NCBI GenBank assembly: GCA_964438405.1
Contig: CAYTKF010000001.1
Location: 18,860-82,859, forward strand
Direction: 5' to 3'
DNA from: an uncultured Candidatus Saccharibacteria bacterium
GTDB lineage: Bacteria; Patescibacteriota; Minisyncoccia; UBA9983
Length of the DNA stretch: 64,000 nt
The notes below the pieces were generated by a model. It worked only from the letters and a program-made list of their open reading frames with translations. It ran no database searches and had not been told where the DNA came from. The position numbers were made by a program, and so were the translations under genes. Of this stretch, positions 38,187 through 48,176 are shown piece by piece; the stretch's first letter is position 1; the number at the start of each line of letters is the position of its first letter.

Positions 38187-38460
38187 CCATAAATTAATAT
38201 TCAGAATATTATTAACCTGCATAATTTCAACTGCCGGACTTTATCTTTATTTTGTAAATTCGGCTGTTTTCAGCGTCGTAGAAACAAATAAAAACCAGAA
38301 AACCCTGCAAACGATAAACAACGAATCCCAAAAACTGGAAAACCAATACCTGAATATTATAGGCCGATTTGACGCTGACTACGCAAAAACCCTGGGCTTT
38401 TACGAACAAAAAGGAAACATTGATTATGTTATAAGACAAGATGTCGTGGCCAAGAAGTAA
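38170..38460 (+). CDS. FtsL-like small bitopic cell-division protein
   Basis: 96 aa, single TM plus coiled-coil, positioned between rsmH and ftsI. Confidence 0.4.
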   Translation: MIKLFNHKLIFRILLTCIISTAGLYLYFVNSAVFSVVETNKNQKTLQTINNESQKLENQYLNIIGRFDADYAKTLGFYEQKGNIDYVIRQDVVAKK

Positions 38461-38471
38461 GATTCAGGCCC

Positions 38472-40181
38472 ATGAAAGACAGTTTTAAAACCCGCGTCCG
38501 CATCATTTATTTTTTAATTTTTATTTTTTTTCTTGTCTTAACGACAAGGCTTTTTTTTGTTCAGGTTGTCCGGGGATATTATTACAAAGACCTTGCCAGC
38601 CAGCAATATGTGGCTCCGGCTGAAAATTATTTTGACCGCGGTGAAATATTTTTTAAAAATAAGGGCAATCAACTCATCTCTGCGGCATCAATAAAAAATG
38701 GTTTCCAATTGGTAATAAATCCAGAAAAAATAAAGGACATTGAAAACATCTATCAAAAACTATCTCAAATTATAACGTTGGATAAAAACGATTTTATAAG
38801 CCGGGCCAGCAAAAAAAATGATTCTTACGAAACTGTGGCCCATAAAATAGAAGACGATGACGCTAATAAAATAAAAAATCTCACATTGCCAGGCGTCAGT
38901 CTTTATTCAGAAACCTGGCGGTATTATCCCGGAAATAATCTTGCCTCGCGCGTTTTGGGTTTTGTGGGATACGACAACAACACATTAAACGGCAGATACG
39001 GTGTGGAAAAATTTTATGATTCCATTTTAAAAAGAGGGAGTGAAAATGGTTTTGTTAATTCTTTTGCCGCACTTTTTACCGACATAAAGGGGGCGATTAT
39101 TGGCGAAAATAAAATAGGAGATGTTGTTTTGAGTATTGAGCCGTCTGTCCAGGCAGTTCTGGAAAAAAATCTGGAAAAAATAATGGTGCAATATAAGGGA
39201 GAGTTGGCCGGGGGAATTATTATGGACCCAAAGACCGGAGAAATTATAGCCATGTCCGCAAAACCTGATTTTAATCCCAACAGCTATGGAGAAAATAAAA
39301 ATCTTTCGCTATTTATCAATCCTCTTGTGGAAAATGTTTTTGAGTTTGGCTCTATAATGAAGCCGATAACTCTTGGAGCAGCGCTTGATGAAGGGAAAAT
39401 AACAGCATCAACCACTTATTATGACAGCGGCGCAGTTGAATTCAACGGGCAAAAAATTCAAAATTTTGATAATAAGGCGAGGGGATTATCAACAATGCAG
39501 GATGTCTTAAGTTATTCCATCAACACCGGCGCAGTTTTTGCCATGCAGCAATTGGGCAAGCAGGAATTTGCCAAATATCTTGCCAGTGCGGGGTTTGGAG
39601 AAAAAACAGGTATTGATTTGCCTGGAGAAGTCTCCGGAAAAATTTCCAATGTCCTGACCAGTCCGCGCGATATTGAATATGCCACAGCATCTTTTGGCCA
39701 GGGAATTGCAGTCACTCCTATAGAAATGGCTAGAGCGCTCTCCAGTTTGGCCAATGGCGGATATCTTGTCCGGCCTTATGTGACAGAAGAAATAAAATTA
39801 AACGGCAGTAAAAACCAAATAACAAAACCGCAAATCAAAGCCCAAATTTTCAAAAAAGAAACAACAGAAGAAATGAGCCGGATGCTGGTTAATGTTTTTG
39901 ACAAAGGACTTTTGGGTGGAACGTATAAAATGGACCATTATTCAATCGCGGCAAAAACAGGCACGGCGCAGATGACAGCCGAAGGTCAGAAAGGTTATCA
40001 GGAAGGCCAGTACCTGCATTCGTTTTTCGGATATTTTCCGGCCTTTGACCCGAAATTTTTTGTTTTTCTCTTTACCGTCCGACCTCAGGGTGTAAGCCTG
40101 GCCTCGCATTCTCTAACCAAACCATTTGTAAACATCACCAAGTTTCTGATAAACTATTATAATATAGCGCCGGATAGATAA
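38472..40181 (+). CDS. ftsI: Penicillin-binding protein (class B, FtsI/PBP3-like)
   Basis: SIMKPI (SxxK), YSINTG (SxN), KTGTAQ (KTG). N-terminal TM anchor. Confidence 0.8.
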   Translation: MKDSFKTRVRIIYFLIFIFFLVLTTRLFFVQVVRGYYYKDLASQQYVAPAENYFDRGEIFFKNKGNQLISAASIKNGFQLVINPEKIKDIENIYQKLSQIITLDKNDFISRASKKNDSYETVAHKIEDDDANKIKNLTLPGVSLYSETWRYYPGNNLASRVLGFVGYDNNTLNGRYGVEKFYDSILKRGSENGFVNSFAALFTDIKGAIIGENKIGDVVLSIEPSVQAVLEKNLEKIMVQYKGELAGGIIMDPKTGEIIAMSAKPDFNPNSYGENKNLSLFINPLVENVFEFGSIMKPITLGAALDEGKITASTTYYDSGAVEFNGQKIQNFDNKARGLSTMQDVLSYSINTGAVFAMQQLGKQEFAKYLASAGFGEKTGIDLPGEVSGKISNVLTSPRDIEYATASFGQGIAVTPIEMARALSSLANGGYLVRPYVTEEIKLNGSKNQITKPQIKAQIFKKETTEEMSRMLVNVFDKGLLGGTYKMDHYSIAAKTGTAQMTAEGQKGYQEGQYLHSFFGYFPAFDPKFFVFLFTVRPQGVSLASHSLTKPFVNITKFLINYYNIAPDR

Positions 40182-40183
40182 AA

Positions 40184-41464
40184 ATGATTAAAACTATTTT
40201 AAAAAATATTGTTGTGTTTTTTTTGAGAATTGAGGCCAAACTCATACTTAAAAAATATAAGCCGAAGATAGTGGCTGTTACCGGAAGCGTTGGCAAAACT
40301 TCTTTAAAAGACGCCATTGCTCTTGTTCTGGGTTCTAAATTCAATGTGCGCAAAAGCGAAAAAAGCTATAACAGCCAGCTGGGCGTGCCTCTTACCATTA
40401 TCGGCGCCAAAAGCGCCTGGAATAATGTTTTTGGCTGGCTGGAAATTTTAATAAAGGGGCTTGCGCTTATTTTTAAAACACAACACTATCCCCAGTGGCT
40501 TGTTCTGGAAATGGGCGTTTCAAGGCCCGGCGACATGGATTTTCTTGTTTCTCTTGCAAAACCAGACGTTGCGGTTATCACAACATTTGGCGAAATGCCG
40601 GTTCATGTGGAATTTTTTAACGACCCCGACGGTTTGAAAAAAGAAAAATCAAAAATTATAGACGGCCTTGATGAAAACGGCTGCGCCATTTTAAATGGGG
40701 ACGACAAACTTGTATATAATTTAAAAAGCAAAACAAAAGCCAAAACTATTATCTATGGATTTGACGATAATCAATTTGACCTTTCCGCTTCCAATTACAA
40801 TATTTCTCCGGACGGCATCAATTTTAAGCTTGATTACAAAAGCAATATAATTCCTGTGAGAATGAACAATGCTCTTGGCAGACAATTTGTTTACACTGCG
40901 CTTGGCGCCATTGCGGTTGGGCTTTCGCAGAATATAAATTTGGTTGAGGCGGTGGAATCGCTCTCAAAATTCAAACCACCGTTAGGAAGAATGAATTTAA
41001 TAGACGGAGTGAAAAATTCTTTCATAATTGATGATACTTATAATTCTTCGCCCATTGCCGTTAGCGCGGCATTAAATGTTCTTAAGGAATTGCCTGCCGA
41101 AAGAAAAATTGCGGTTTTAGGCGATATGCTGGAGCTGGGAAAATTTACCATTGACGAGCATAAAAAAATCGGCGGATTAATAAAAGAAAAGGGCGCTGAC
41201 TTACTTTTTACAGTAGGACCGCGGGCGAAATTTATTGCTGACGAGGCAATAACAACAGGATTTCGTGGAAGCAATGTTTTTTCTTTTTCAACTCCTGACG
41301 AGGCAAAAATTCTGCTTCAGGAAAAAATAAAAGAAGGGGATTTGATTTTAGTAAAAGGGTCTCAATCAATGAGAATGGAAAAAATAATCGAGGAAATAAT
41401 GGCGCACCCGGAGCAAAAAAACGAACTTCTTGTGCGCCAGGATAAAGAATGGTTAAATAGATAG
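40184..41464 (+). CDS. murF: Mur ligase, most like UDP-MurNAc-tripeptide D-alanyl-D-alanine ligase MurF
   Basis: VAVTGSVGKTSLKDAI P-loop and Mur ligase central/C-terminal domains; 426 aa. Confidence 0.65.
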   Translation: MIKTILKNIVVFFLRIEAKLILKKYKPKIVAVTGSVGKTSLKDAIALVLGSKFNVRKSEKSYNSQLGVPLTIIGAKSAWNNVFGWLEILIKGLALIFKTQHYPQWLVLEMGVSRPGDMDFLVSLAKPDVAVITTFGEMPVHVEFFNDPDGLKKEKSKIIDGLDENGCAILNGDDKLVYNLKSKTKAKTIIYGFDDNQFDLSASNYNISPDGINFKLDYKSNIIPVRMNNALGRQFVYTALGAIAVGLSQNINLVEAVESLSKFKPPLGRMNLIDGVKNSFIIDDTYNSSPIAVSAALNVLKELPAERKIAVLGDMLELGKFTIDEHKKIGGLIKEKGADLLFTVGPRAKFIADEAITTGFRGSNVFSFSTPDEAKILLQEKIKEGDLILVKGSQSMRMEKIIEEIMAHPEQKNELLVRQDKEWLNR

Positions 41465-41469
41465 TGTAA

Positions 41470-41541
41470 GGCCCTTTCGTCTAGCGGCTAGGACATCGCC
41501 CTCTCACGGCGGAAACACGGGTTCAATTCCCGTAGGGGTCA
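41470..41541 (+). tRNA. tRNA-Glu (anticodon CUC)
   Basis: GGCCCUUUCGUCUAGCGGCUAGGACAUCGCCCUCUCACGGCGGAAACACGGGUUCAAUUCCCGUAGGGGUCA. Cloverleaf with anticodon loop CUCUCAC, T-loop GGUUCAAUUCC. Close to E. coli tRNA-Glu. CCA not encoded. Confidence 0.8.
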
Positions 41542-41543
41542 TA

Positions 41544-42329
41544 ATGAAAAATTTTAAAACAATTTTAACAGTTGCAATAACAGCAATTTTGTTTTTGGGA
41601 ATTTTTTATCCCAAGATTTTAAATCCTTCGTATGAACAAGGATTGCCAGTAACGGGAAGTCCGTTTAGCAATCTTAATCTTGAAGCGAAATCTGCCATTG
41701 TTTTTGACTATATTAATAACAGGCCGATTTTTGAATTGAATCCGGAAGCCCAGCTTCCGCTCGCAAGCCTCACCAAAATTATGACTGTTATTACCGCCAA
41801 AGAATTAATGCCTGATGGAAACTTTAAAAATCTTTCAGATAAAATAAACAAAGCATTAATTATCTCGTCAAACGAGGCTGCAACAGCTATTGCAATTGAA
41901 ACGCAAAATTTTTTGGGCCCGAATGATTTTGTGGGAGAGATGAATAAAAAGGCGGAAGAACTCGGTCTGAACCAGACTTATTTCTTGAACGAAACCGGAC
42001 TTGATATAAATGATAATATTGCCGGCGCTTATGGTTCTGCTTCTGATGTAATAAAAATTTTGACTTATGCAATAAAAAACGACTCTGATATTTTTGAGCA
42101 GACAACAGCGGACAGCGATTACAACACCAATCCCTATGCCACCAGCACCACTTTGCTTGTGGCGTCAAAAACCGGGCTGACAGATTTGGCAGGCGGAAAT
42201 TTAGCAATTGTTTTTGAGGCGGGCATGGGACGGCCGATCGCTATAGTTGTCCTTGGCTCGTCGCAGGAGGGCAGATTCACAGACGTTAAAAAATTAATGG
42301 AGGCAACGTTTAATTATTTAAAATTATGA
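41544..42329 (+). CDS. D-alanyl-D-alanine carboxypeptidase-like serine hydrolase (S11/PBP5-like)
   Basis: LPLASLTKIMT (SxxK) and SNE (SxN-like); signal anchor. Confidence 0.6.
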   Translation: MKNFKTILTVAITAILFLGIFYPKILNPSYEQGLPVTGSPFSNLNLEAKSAIVFDYINNRPIFELNPEAQLPLASLTKIMTVITAKELMPDGNFKNLSDKINKALIISSNEAATAIAIETQNFLGPNDFVGEMNKKAEELGLNQTYFLNETGLDINDNIAGAYGSASDVIKILTYAIKNDSDIFEQTTADSDYNTNPYATSTTLLVASKTGLTDLAGGNLAIVFEAGMGRPIAIVVLGSSQEGRFTDVKKLMEATFNYLKL

Positions 42330-43381
42330 TTTTAAATGTTTTAAAGGTTTTTGGTTTGTCGAGTTTTGCTTTCTTTTTGGCAATTTTTTTAACACCGCTT
42401 TTCACTCATTATTTTTATAAATACAAAATGTGGAAAAAGGGTTCGCGTAGCCTAGAAGACACAAGCGAGGAGTTTAAAAAAATTCATAATGAGCACGGAG
42501 AGCTCAATACCCCCCGTATCGGTGGAATGATTATCTGGGTTTCCACGCTTCTTGTTTGTTTGTTAATGTTTGCAATTTATAAAATTTTTCCAGATGACCT
42601 GACTCAAAAATTAAATTTTTTAAGCAAAAACCAGACATGGCTTCCTCTTTTTGTACTTGTCGGCTCGGCCATTGTGGGACTTGCAGACGATTTGCTTCAG
42701 ATTTTTCAGAATAAAAAAGGGGGTAAACTTTTTGCCAATGGTCTGTCAAAAAGCTTAAGAATTCTTGTTGTTTTGGCAATCGGCGCCATTGTGGCAATGT
42801 GGTTTTATTACAAACTGGAAATGAATTTTGTTGATATTCCGTTTTTTGGAGAATTATATTTGGGCTGGCTTTTTGTGCCGTTCTTTATGATGGTGATGCT
42901 GGGAATTTTTTCCGGCGGAATTATTGACGGCATAGACGGTTTGTCCGGCGGAATTATGAGCTCAATTTTTGCAGCCTACGCCGGCATTGCCTTTTTCCAA
43001 AACCAAATTGACATTGCAACCTTCTGCGGAGTTATCACAGGAAGTTTGCTGGCTTTTTTATGGTTTAATATTCCGCCGGCTCGATTTTATATGGGAGAGA
43101 CAGGTATGATTGGCTTGACTACAGCGCTTACGGTTGTGGCCTTTCTGACAAACGCAGTGGCGGTTCTGCCCATTATTGCATTTCTGCTCGTAGCTGCTTC
43201 TGCTTCCGCTATAATACAAATAGTCTCCAAAAAATATTTTCACAAAAAAGTTTTTAGGGTGGCGCCAATACACCATCATTTTGAGGCAATCGGCTGGCCG
43301 TCTTACAAAGTGACAATGCGTTTCTGGATAATCAGCGTGGTTTTGGCGGTCATCGGCATGGTCATAACATTGATAGGGTAG
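42326..43381 (+). CDS. mraY: Phospho-N-acetylmuramoyl-pentapeptide transferase MraY
   Basis: TPRIGGM, GLADDLLQI, and 10 TM helices. Confidence 0.85.
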   Translation: MILNVLKVFGLSSFAFFLAIFLTPLFTHYFYKYKMWKKGSRSLEDTSEEFKKIHNEHGELNTPRIGGMIIWVSTLLVCLLMFAIYKIFPDDLTQKLNFLSKNQTWLPLFVLVGSAIVGLADDLLQIFQNKKGGKLFANGLSKSLRILVVLAIGAIVAMWFYYKLEMNFVDIPFFGELYLGWLFVPFFMMVMLGIFSGGIIDGIDGLSGGIMSSIFAAYAGIAFFQNQIDIATFCGVITGSLLAFLWFNIPPARFYMGETGMIGLTTALTVVAFLTNAVAVLPIIAFLLVAASASAIIQIVSKKYFHKKVFRVAPIHHHFEAIGWPSYKVTMRFWIISVVLAVIGMVITLIG

Positions 43382-43387
43382 AAAATT

Positions 43388-43447
43388 ACCTCACCCCTAA
43401 CCCCTCTCCTTAATAGGAGAGGGGTGCTGTAGGCGGGGTGAGGTTTT
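43388..43447. terminator. Long bipartite hairpin terminator between convergent genes
   Basis: acctcacccc..cccctctcc-ttaata-ggagagggg..cggggtgagg followed by tttt. A second hairpin gcccaccgccgaagcgggggc (43459..43482) is followed on the minus strand by a T-tract. Confidence 0.75.
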
Positions 43448-43501
43448 AGAAAACAAAAGGCCCACCGCCGAAGCGGGGGCTTAAAAACGTTACGAATTTG
43501 A

Positions 43502-43786
43502 TTAAAGCACCCTAATGAACAAAGAAATAACTTGCAAGATAATCTGAAGATATGCTGCCTGAATATAATTTATTTTGGCCACGCCAAAGACTTGCGGGCC
43601 TAACATATTCCAGAACCAAAGAGTGAACAGGGCCAAAAGTGGCAAAAGAATAATCCACGCCAACAATCGTCCTGCCATCTCGGCCAAATTATCTGGATTA
43701 AAGTGTTTTTTAAGAGACTCCCCGCACGATTCTAACAAATAATCTACAAAGCGCATTTTCGTCAGTCCTCCACTCATATTATACAC
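43502..43786 (-). CDS. Small hydrophobic hypothetical protein
   Basis: 94 aa with 2 TM segments. Confidence 0.35.
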   Translation of the reverse strand: MYNMSGGLTKMRFVDYLLESCGESLKKHFNPDNLAEMAGRLLAWIILLPLLALFTLWFWNMLGPQVFGVAKINYIQAAYLQIILQVISLFIRVL

Positions 43787-43845
43787 CCATTGTTTTTCCT
43801 GTCAAGTATAAAATTTTCCCATTTTTTGGTAAAATAAAAGATTGA

Positions 43846-45180
43846 ATGAGAAACGAAATTAAAAAAATTTTAATATTTGCAGCAATATTACTCGTTACGT
43901 ATTACGCGTTACGCGTTACTCCGACTTTTTCCGCCACCATTGACGAACTTCAGGCGCAGATAGGCGAGAAAAACAAGCAGATTGATTCTATTCAGGCGGA
44001 AATAAATAAATTGCAGGAACAGATAAACCAAAATTCATCTCTGGCCAACACACTTAAAAATCAAATCAGCCAATTAAATCTCCAGAAACAAAAACTCCAG
44101 AAAGATATTTCTCTGACACAAAAAAAAATTGACACAGCCAAGCTTAATATTCAGGAGCTGGGTTTACAGATATTGCAAAAAGAACAGGATATACAAAAAA
44201 AGCTTCTGGTAATAAGCGAGGCTATTAAAAATATTAATGATACTGATAAAACCTCTGTTGTGGAAATTGTTCTTGCCCAGCAGAATTTTTCTGATTTTTT
44301 TAATGATATAGACAAAATGGATAATTTTCAAAAAGAGATTAATGCCAACCTTGCGGAATTGAAAGACCTTAAAATATCTCTTGAAGATGAAAAACAATCT
44401 CAAGAAAAAGAAAAAAAGAACCTGGAACAGTACAAATCAAAACTTTCCGACCAGAACAAGCTTGTTGATATAAATAAAAAATCCAAGAACCAGCTTTTAA
44501 CAGAAACTAAAAATCAGCAAACAAATTATCAAAAGCAGATGGCGCAAATGATAAAACTGCGCGACGAACTGGAAAAAGAAATCGGCGACATTGAGGCAAA
44601 AATCCAGATTCAGATCAACCCCAACAGCATTCCCAGGGCTGGAAGCGGAGTTTTGGCCTGGCCCTTCACAGACGAAAAAATGCTGGCCTGCAAAAAATTC
44701 ACTGACCTTAAAAATATTTTTTGCATCACCCAATATTTCGGCAACACGCCGTTCGCAACAGCCAATCCACAGCTTTATAAAACAGGGGAGCACAAGGGCC
44801 TGGATTTTCGTGCGCCAGTTGGCACGGAAATTTTAGCAGCAGGCTCAGGAAAAATTGTTGGGCTAGGCGACACTGATATTACTTGCCCTAGCGCCTCTTA
44901 CGGCAAATGGATAATGATTGACCACGGCAACGGACTTTCAACGGTTTACGGACATCTTTCTTATATAAAAGTTGCAAAGGGCCAGATTGTAGCTAGGGGA
45001 GATTTAATCGGATACAGCGGAAACACAGGCGCCTCTACTGGCCCGCATCTGCATTTTGAAGTTCGCGCCACAGCAGGCACCCAAGTCAGCCAGCGTGAAA
45101 GCACTGTCTGCAAGGGCAGAATATACACAATTCCTTTAGGCTCCATAAGCAGTTACCTAAACCCGTTATCGTATTTGTAA
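43846..45180 (+). CDS. M23-family metallopeptidase with long N-terminal coiled-coil (EnvC/NlpD-like)
   Basis: HKGLDFRAPVGTEILAAGSGKIV...HGNGLSTVYGHLS...GPHLHFEV. Coiled-coil heptads in the first 230 aa. Confidence 0.8.
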   Translation: MRNEIKKILIFAAILLVTYYALRVTPTFSATIDELQAQIGEKNKQIDSIQAEINKLQEQINQNSSLANTLKNQISQLNLQKQKLQKDISLTQKKIDTAKLNIQELGLQILQKEQDIQKKLLVISEAIKNINDTDKTSVVEIVLAQQNFSDFFNDIDKMDNFQKEINANLAELKDLKISLEDEKQSQEKEKKNLEQYKSKLSDQNKLVDINKKSKNQLLTETKNQQTNYQKQMAQMIKLRDELEKEIGDIEAKIQIQINPNSIPRAGSGVLAWPFTDEKMLACKKFTDLKNIFCITQYFGNTPFATANPQLYKTGEHKGLDFRAPVGTEILAAGSGKIVGLGDTDITCPSASYGKWIMIDHGNGLSTVYGHLSYIKVAKGQIVARGDLIGYSGNTGASTGPHLHFEVRATAGTQVSQRESTVCKGRIYTIPLGSISSYLNPLSYL

Positions 45181-45213
45181 AAAAATTTAAATCTCTGTGT
45201 TATAATTATCTCA

Positions 45214-46803
45214 ATGGCAAAGTATGATGTTTTAATTAAGAATGGAACTGTGCTGGACGGATTGGGCGGGAAGATTGAAAATGCTGATGTTGGCATTTCC
45301 GGAGACGAAATTAAAGATATTGGAAATCTTGGAACTGACGCTGATGAAATTATTGACGCCACGGGAAAATATATTGCCCCGGGTTTTATTGATTTAACAA
45401 ACCATTCCGACACTCACTGGACACTTTTCAAATATCCACCGCAGGAAAGCTTGCTCTATCAAGGCATCACCACTATTTTGGGCGGAAATTGCGGTTCCTC
45501 TCTCGCTCCGGTTTTTAGGGAAGATTCTCTTAGAGAAATCGGCCGCTGGACTGATATTTCCCAGATAAATATCAACTGGCAGACAATGAAAGAATTTCTG
45601 GAACAATTATCAAAGCAAAAAATCGGCGTAAATTTCGCCACTCTTGTCGGTTTTAACACCGTTGAGCAGTCTGTTTTGGGCAGAGAGATGAAAATTCCCG
45701 AAGAAAAAGAAATCCAGCAGATAAAACTGCTTTTGGAAAACGCCCTTGAGGAAGGCGCCTTCGGTGTCTCAACAAATTTCGGTCTGGCCAACGTCCGACT
45801 TTTTAAAGATGAAGACCTGACAGAAATTTTCAGCGTCTTAAAAAAACACAAGGCAATTTTAAAACACCACCTTGAAGACGAGGGAGAAAATATTCTGCCT
45901 GCCATTTCCCGCGCCATTACCATTTCCAAAAAAACAAAAACAAAAATGCACATAACCCATTTTAAAACATTAGGAAAAAATTCCTGGAAATTTATGACTG
46001 GGGCTATAGAAATGATAAAGAGGGCGCAGGCGCTGGATAATGAAAAAATCACCTGCGATTTCTTTCCCTACACAAAAACCGGCTCCAGCCTCTTTATGTT
46101 TCTACCGTCATGGTTCAGAAAACTGCCTGTCTCAGAGGCGCAGAATATTATTAAATTAAAAGATGATTCAAGAAGACAAAATCTTAAAGACTATATTAAG
46201 GAACTTACTTTGCATTATGACAAAATTATAATCGCCTCTGCTTCAAAAGAATTAAACGTAGCAGGCAAGACCATAGAAAAAATCTCGCAGGAAACCGGAT
46301 TGGACAACGAGGAAATAATTTTGAATCTTCTGGAAACAAATAATTTCCGCGTTTCTGTTTTTAATGAAGCAATCTCTCCGGAAAATGTTGAACTGATAGC
46401 CCAGGAAGATTTCAGCGCTGTTGCCTCTGACGGAGTGGGATATCAGACATCTAATTTTAAATATCAAAAATCTGACCTGCCCCACCCGCGTTCTTTCGGC
46501 GCCTTTCCCCGCGCCATCCAGTGGCTGGTCAAAGAAAAAGGTATTTTGACCTGGGAAAAAATAATTTACAAAATGACAGGCCTAGCGGCACAGATTTTGG
46601 GGCTAAAAGACAGGGGAGTATTAAAGTCCGGGAATCGGGCTGATGTCGTTGTTATTAATCCGGAAAAAATAAACGACTCGGCCTCTTACGAAAATCCCTT
46701 TAAATACGCTGAGGGCATTGATGCTGTTTTGGTCAATGGCAAAATCAGTATAAAAGACGGGAACTTCACAGGCCAACTGAACGGAAGAGTTCTCAAAAAA
46801 TAA
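45214..46803 (+). CDS. Amidohydrolase-superfamily protein, D-aminoacylase-like
   Basis: YDVLIKNGTVLDGLGG...IAPGFIDLTNHSDTHW N-terminus and C-terminal ADVVVINPEK resemble N-acyl-D-amino-acid deacylases. The first metal-binding HxH appears altered (NHSDTH). Confidence 0.55.
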   Translation: MAKYDVLIKNGTVLDGLGGKIENADVGISGDEIKDIGNLGTDADEIIDATGKYIAPGFIDLTNHSDTHWTLFKYPPQESLLYQGITTILGGNCGSSLAPVFREDSLREIGRWTDISQININWQTMKEFLEQLSKQKIGVNFATLVGFNTVEQSVLGREMKIPEEKEIQQIKLLLENALEEGAFGVSTNFGLANVRLFKDEDLTEIFSVLKKHKAILKHHLEDEGENILPAISRAITISKKTKTKMHITHFKTLGKNSWKFMTGAIEMIKRAQALDNEKITCDFFPYTKTGSSLFMFLPSWFRKLPVSEAQNIIKLKDDSRRQNLKDYIKELTLHYDKIIIASASKELNVAGKTIEKISQETGLDNEEIILNLLETNNFRVSVFNEAISPENVELIAQEDFSAVASDGVGYQTSNFKYQKSDLPHPRSFGAFPRAIQWLVKEKGILTWEKIIYKMTGLAAQILGLKDRGVLKSGNRADVVVINPEKINDSASYENPFKYAEGIDAVLVNGKISIKDGNFTGQLNGRVLKK

Positions 46804-46812
46804 TTTTATTTT

Positions 46813-47913
46813 ATGAAGAGAGAAAGGGCTGATAATATTTTTTTGGGAACGGTGATTATTCTGGCTTTGGCCGGATTTATAATTTTAAGTTCCGCTTCAA
46901 TGGGGCTTTTAAGCAGCAGTAATGGCAGTTATTATAAAACGCTCATCCAGCAGTTTTTATTCGGCATTGTCGGAGGAGGCATTCTTCTTTTGATAACATC
47001 ACACATAAATTATAAGATGTGGCAGAAATTCAGCCTGCCATTTTTTATTTTTACTTTTCTTCTCACTCTTCTTGTTTTTGTACCTGGTATAGGATTCAGC
47101 CACGGCGGGGCCACAAGATGGATAAACATCGGTTCATTCTCTTTCCATCCGTCAGAACTTTTAAAATTCGGTTTTGTTGTTTATCTTTGCTCATGGCTGG
47201 CCTCAAAAAAAACCCAGATAAAATCTTTTAAGTCCGGGCTTGTGCCGTTTTTGATAATGACTGCCTTGGTTGCTGCCGTTCTCATCAAAGAGCCGGACGT
47301 GGGCACATTGGGCGTGATTGCCATAACAAGCATGATTATTTTTTTTATTGCCGGAGGCAAGCTGTCGCACATTGCCCTTATTATTCTTTTTGGCGCCTTG
47401 CTTCTTTATATTCTTGTTTTGATAGAACCGTACCGCATGAACAGAGTGATAACTTTTTTTAACCCCTCTTTTGACCCCAAGGGCATAAGTTATCAATTGA
47501 GGCAGTCGCTTATTGCCATCGGCTCAGGGGGAATATTCGGCAGGGGATTCGGCATGAGCGTGCAGAAATTTAATTATTTGCCGGAACCGATAGGCGACTC
47601 CATCTTTTCGGTCTTCTCCGAGGAATTCGGTTTTGTCGGCGCAGTGGCGCTTCTGGGCATTTTATTGTTTTTTCTTTACAGAGGATTTTCCATTGCCCTG
47701 AAAGCTCCTGATGATTTTAGTAGACTGCTTGGCGCTGGAATTGTTATACTGATAATTACGGAATCGCTGGTAAATATTGCGGCAATGCTCGGCATTTTGC
47801 CCTTAACCGGCATTCCCTTAATTTTTGTGAGCAAGGGCGGTTCAGCAATGGCCGTGGCTTTGGCAGAGGTTGGAGTATTATTAAATATTTCAAAACATCG
47901 GAGTAATCAGTAA
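46813..47913 (+). CDS. SEDS-family peptidoglycan glycosyltransferase (FtsW/RodA)
   Basis: GGATRWINIGSFSFHPSELLKFGFVVYL, 10 TM, C-terminal PLTGIPLIFVSKGGS. Confidence 0.85.
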   Translation: MKRERADNIFLGTVIILALAGFIILSSASMGLLSSSNGSYYKTLIQQFLFGIVGGGILLLITSHINYKMWQKFSLPFFIFTFLLTLLVFVPGIGFSHGGATRWINIGSFSFHPSELLKFGFVVYLCSWLASKKTQIKSFKSGLVPFLIMTALVAAVLIKEPDVGTLGVIAITSMIIFFIAGGKLSHIALIILFGALLLYILVLIEPYRMNRVITFFNPSFDPKGISYQLRQSLIAIGSGGIFGRGFGMSVQKFNYLPEPIGDSIFSVFSEEFGFVGAVALLGILLFFLYRGFSIALKAPDDFSRLLGAGIVILIITESLVNIAAMLGILPLTGIPLIFVSKGGSAMAVALAEVGVLLNISKHRSNQ

Positions 47914-48030
47914 TGCGTAACGAGTAATGCGTAATTTTACGGCTTTATTTAGCCGTATTTTTATTACATAAATTTTGACATTGACACTCATCGATTGAAC
48001 CTCAACGCTCCGAGCCTGACGTGATACAGG

Positions 48031-48066
48031 CCCCCGACCGTGAAAGCGCGTCGGGGTTTTTTCTTT
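48031..48066 (+). terminator. Intrinsic terminator after ftsW/rodA
   Basis: cccccgac-cgtgaaagcgc-gtcgggg followed by ttttttcttttt. Confidence 0.8.
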
Positions 48067-48101
48067 TTATAATCAAAAACAGAAATTAAAAAAATAAAAA
48101 A

Positions 48102-48139
48102 TTAACGTATTCACAACCGATCGGTCGCCAATGCGTTAA
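48102..48139. promoter_or_regulatory. 38-bp quasi-palindrome centred exactly on CGATCG (upstream flank of PaaX-like gene 2)
   Basis: ttaacgtattcacaacCGATCGgtcgccaatgcgttaa. ttaacg/cgttaa termini are exact inverted repeats, with 16-nt arms. Confidence 0.5.
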
Positions 48140-48176
48140 TTTAATGTTAAGATATAATTAAGAATAAAATATCATT

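Noticed and set aside
43388-43447. Possible relatedness between the mraY terminator hairpin (cccctctcc...ggagagggg...cggggtgagg) and the stem of the 209-bp r-protein repeat (ccccgccctctc...gagaggggcgggg).
   Set aside because: Shared words are under 10 nt and GC-rich hairpins in an AT-rich genome converge on similar sequence. Insufficient to claim a repeat family without a genome-wide search.
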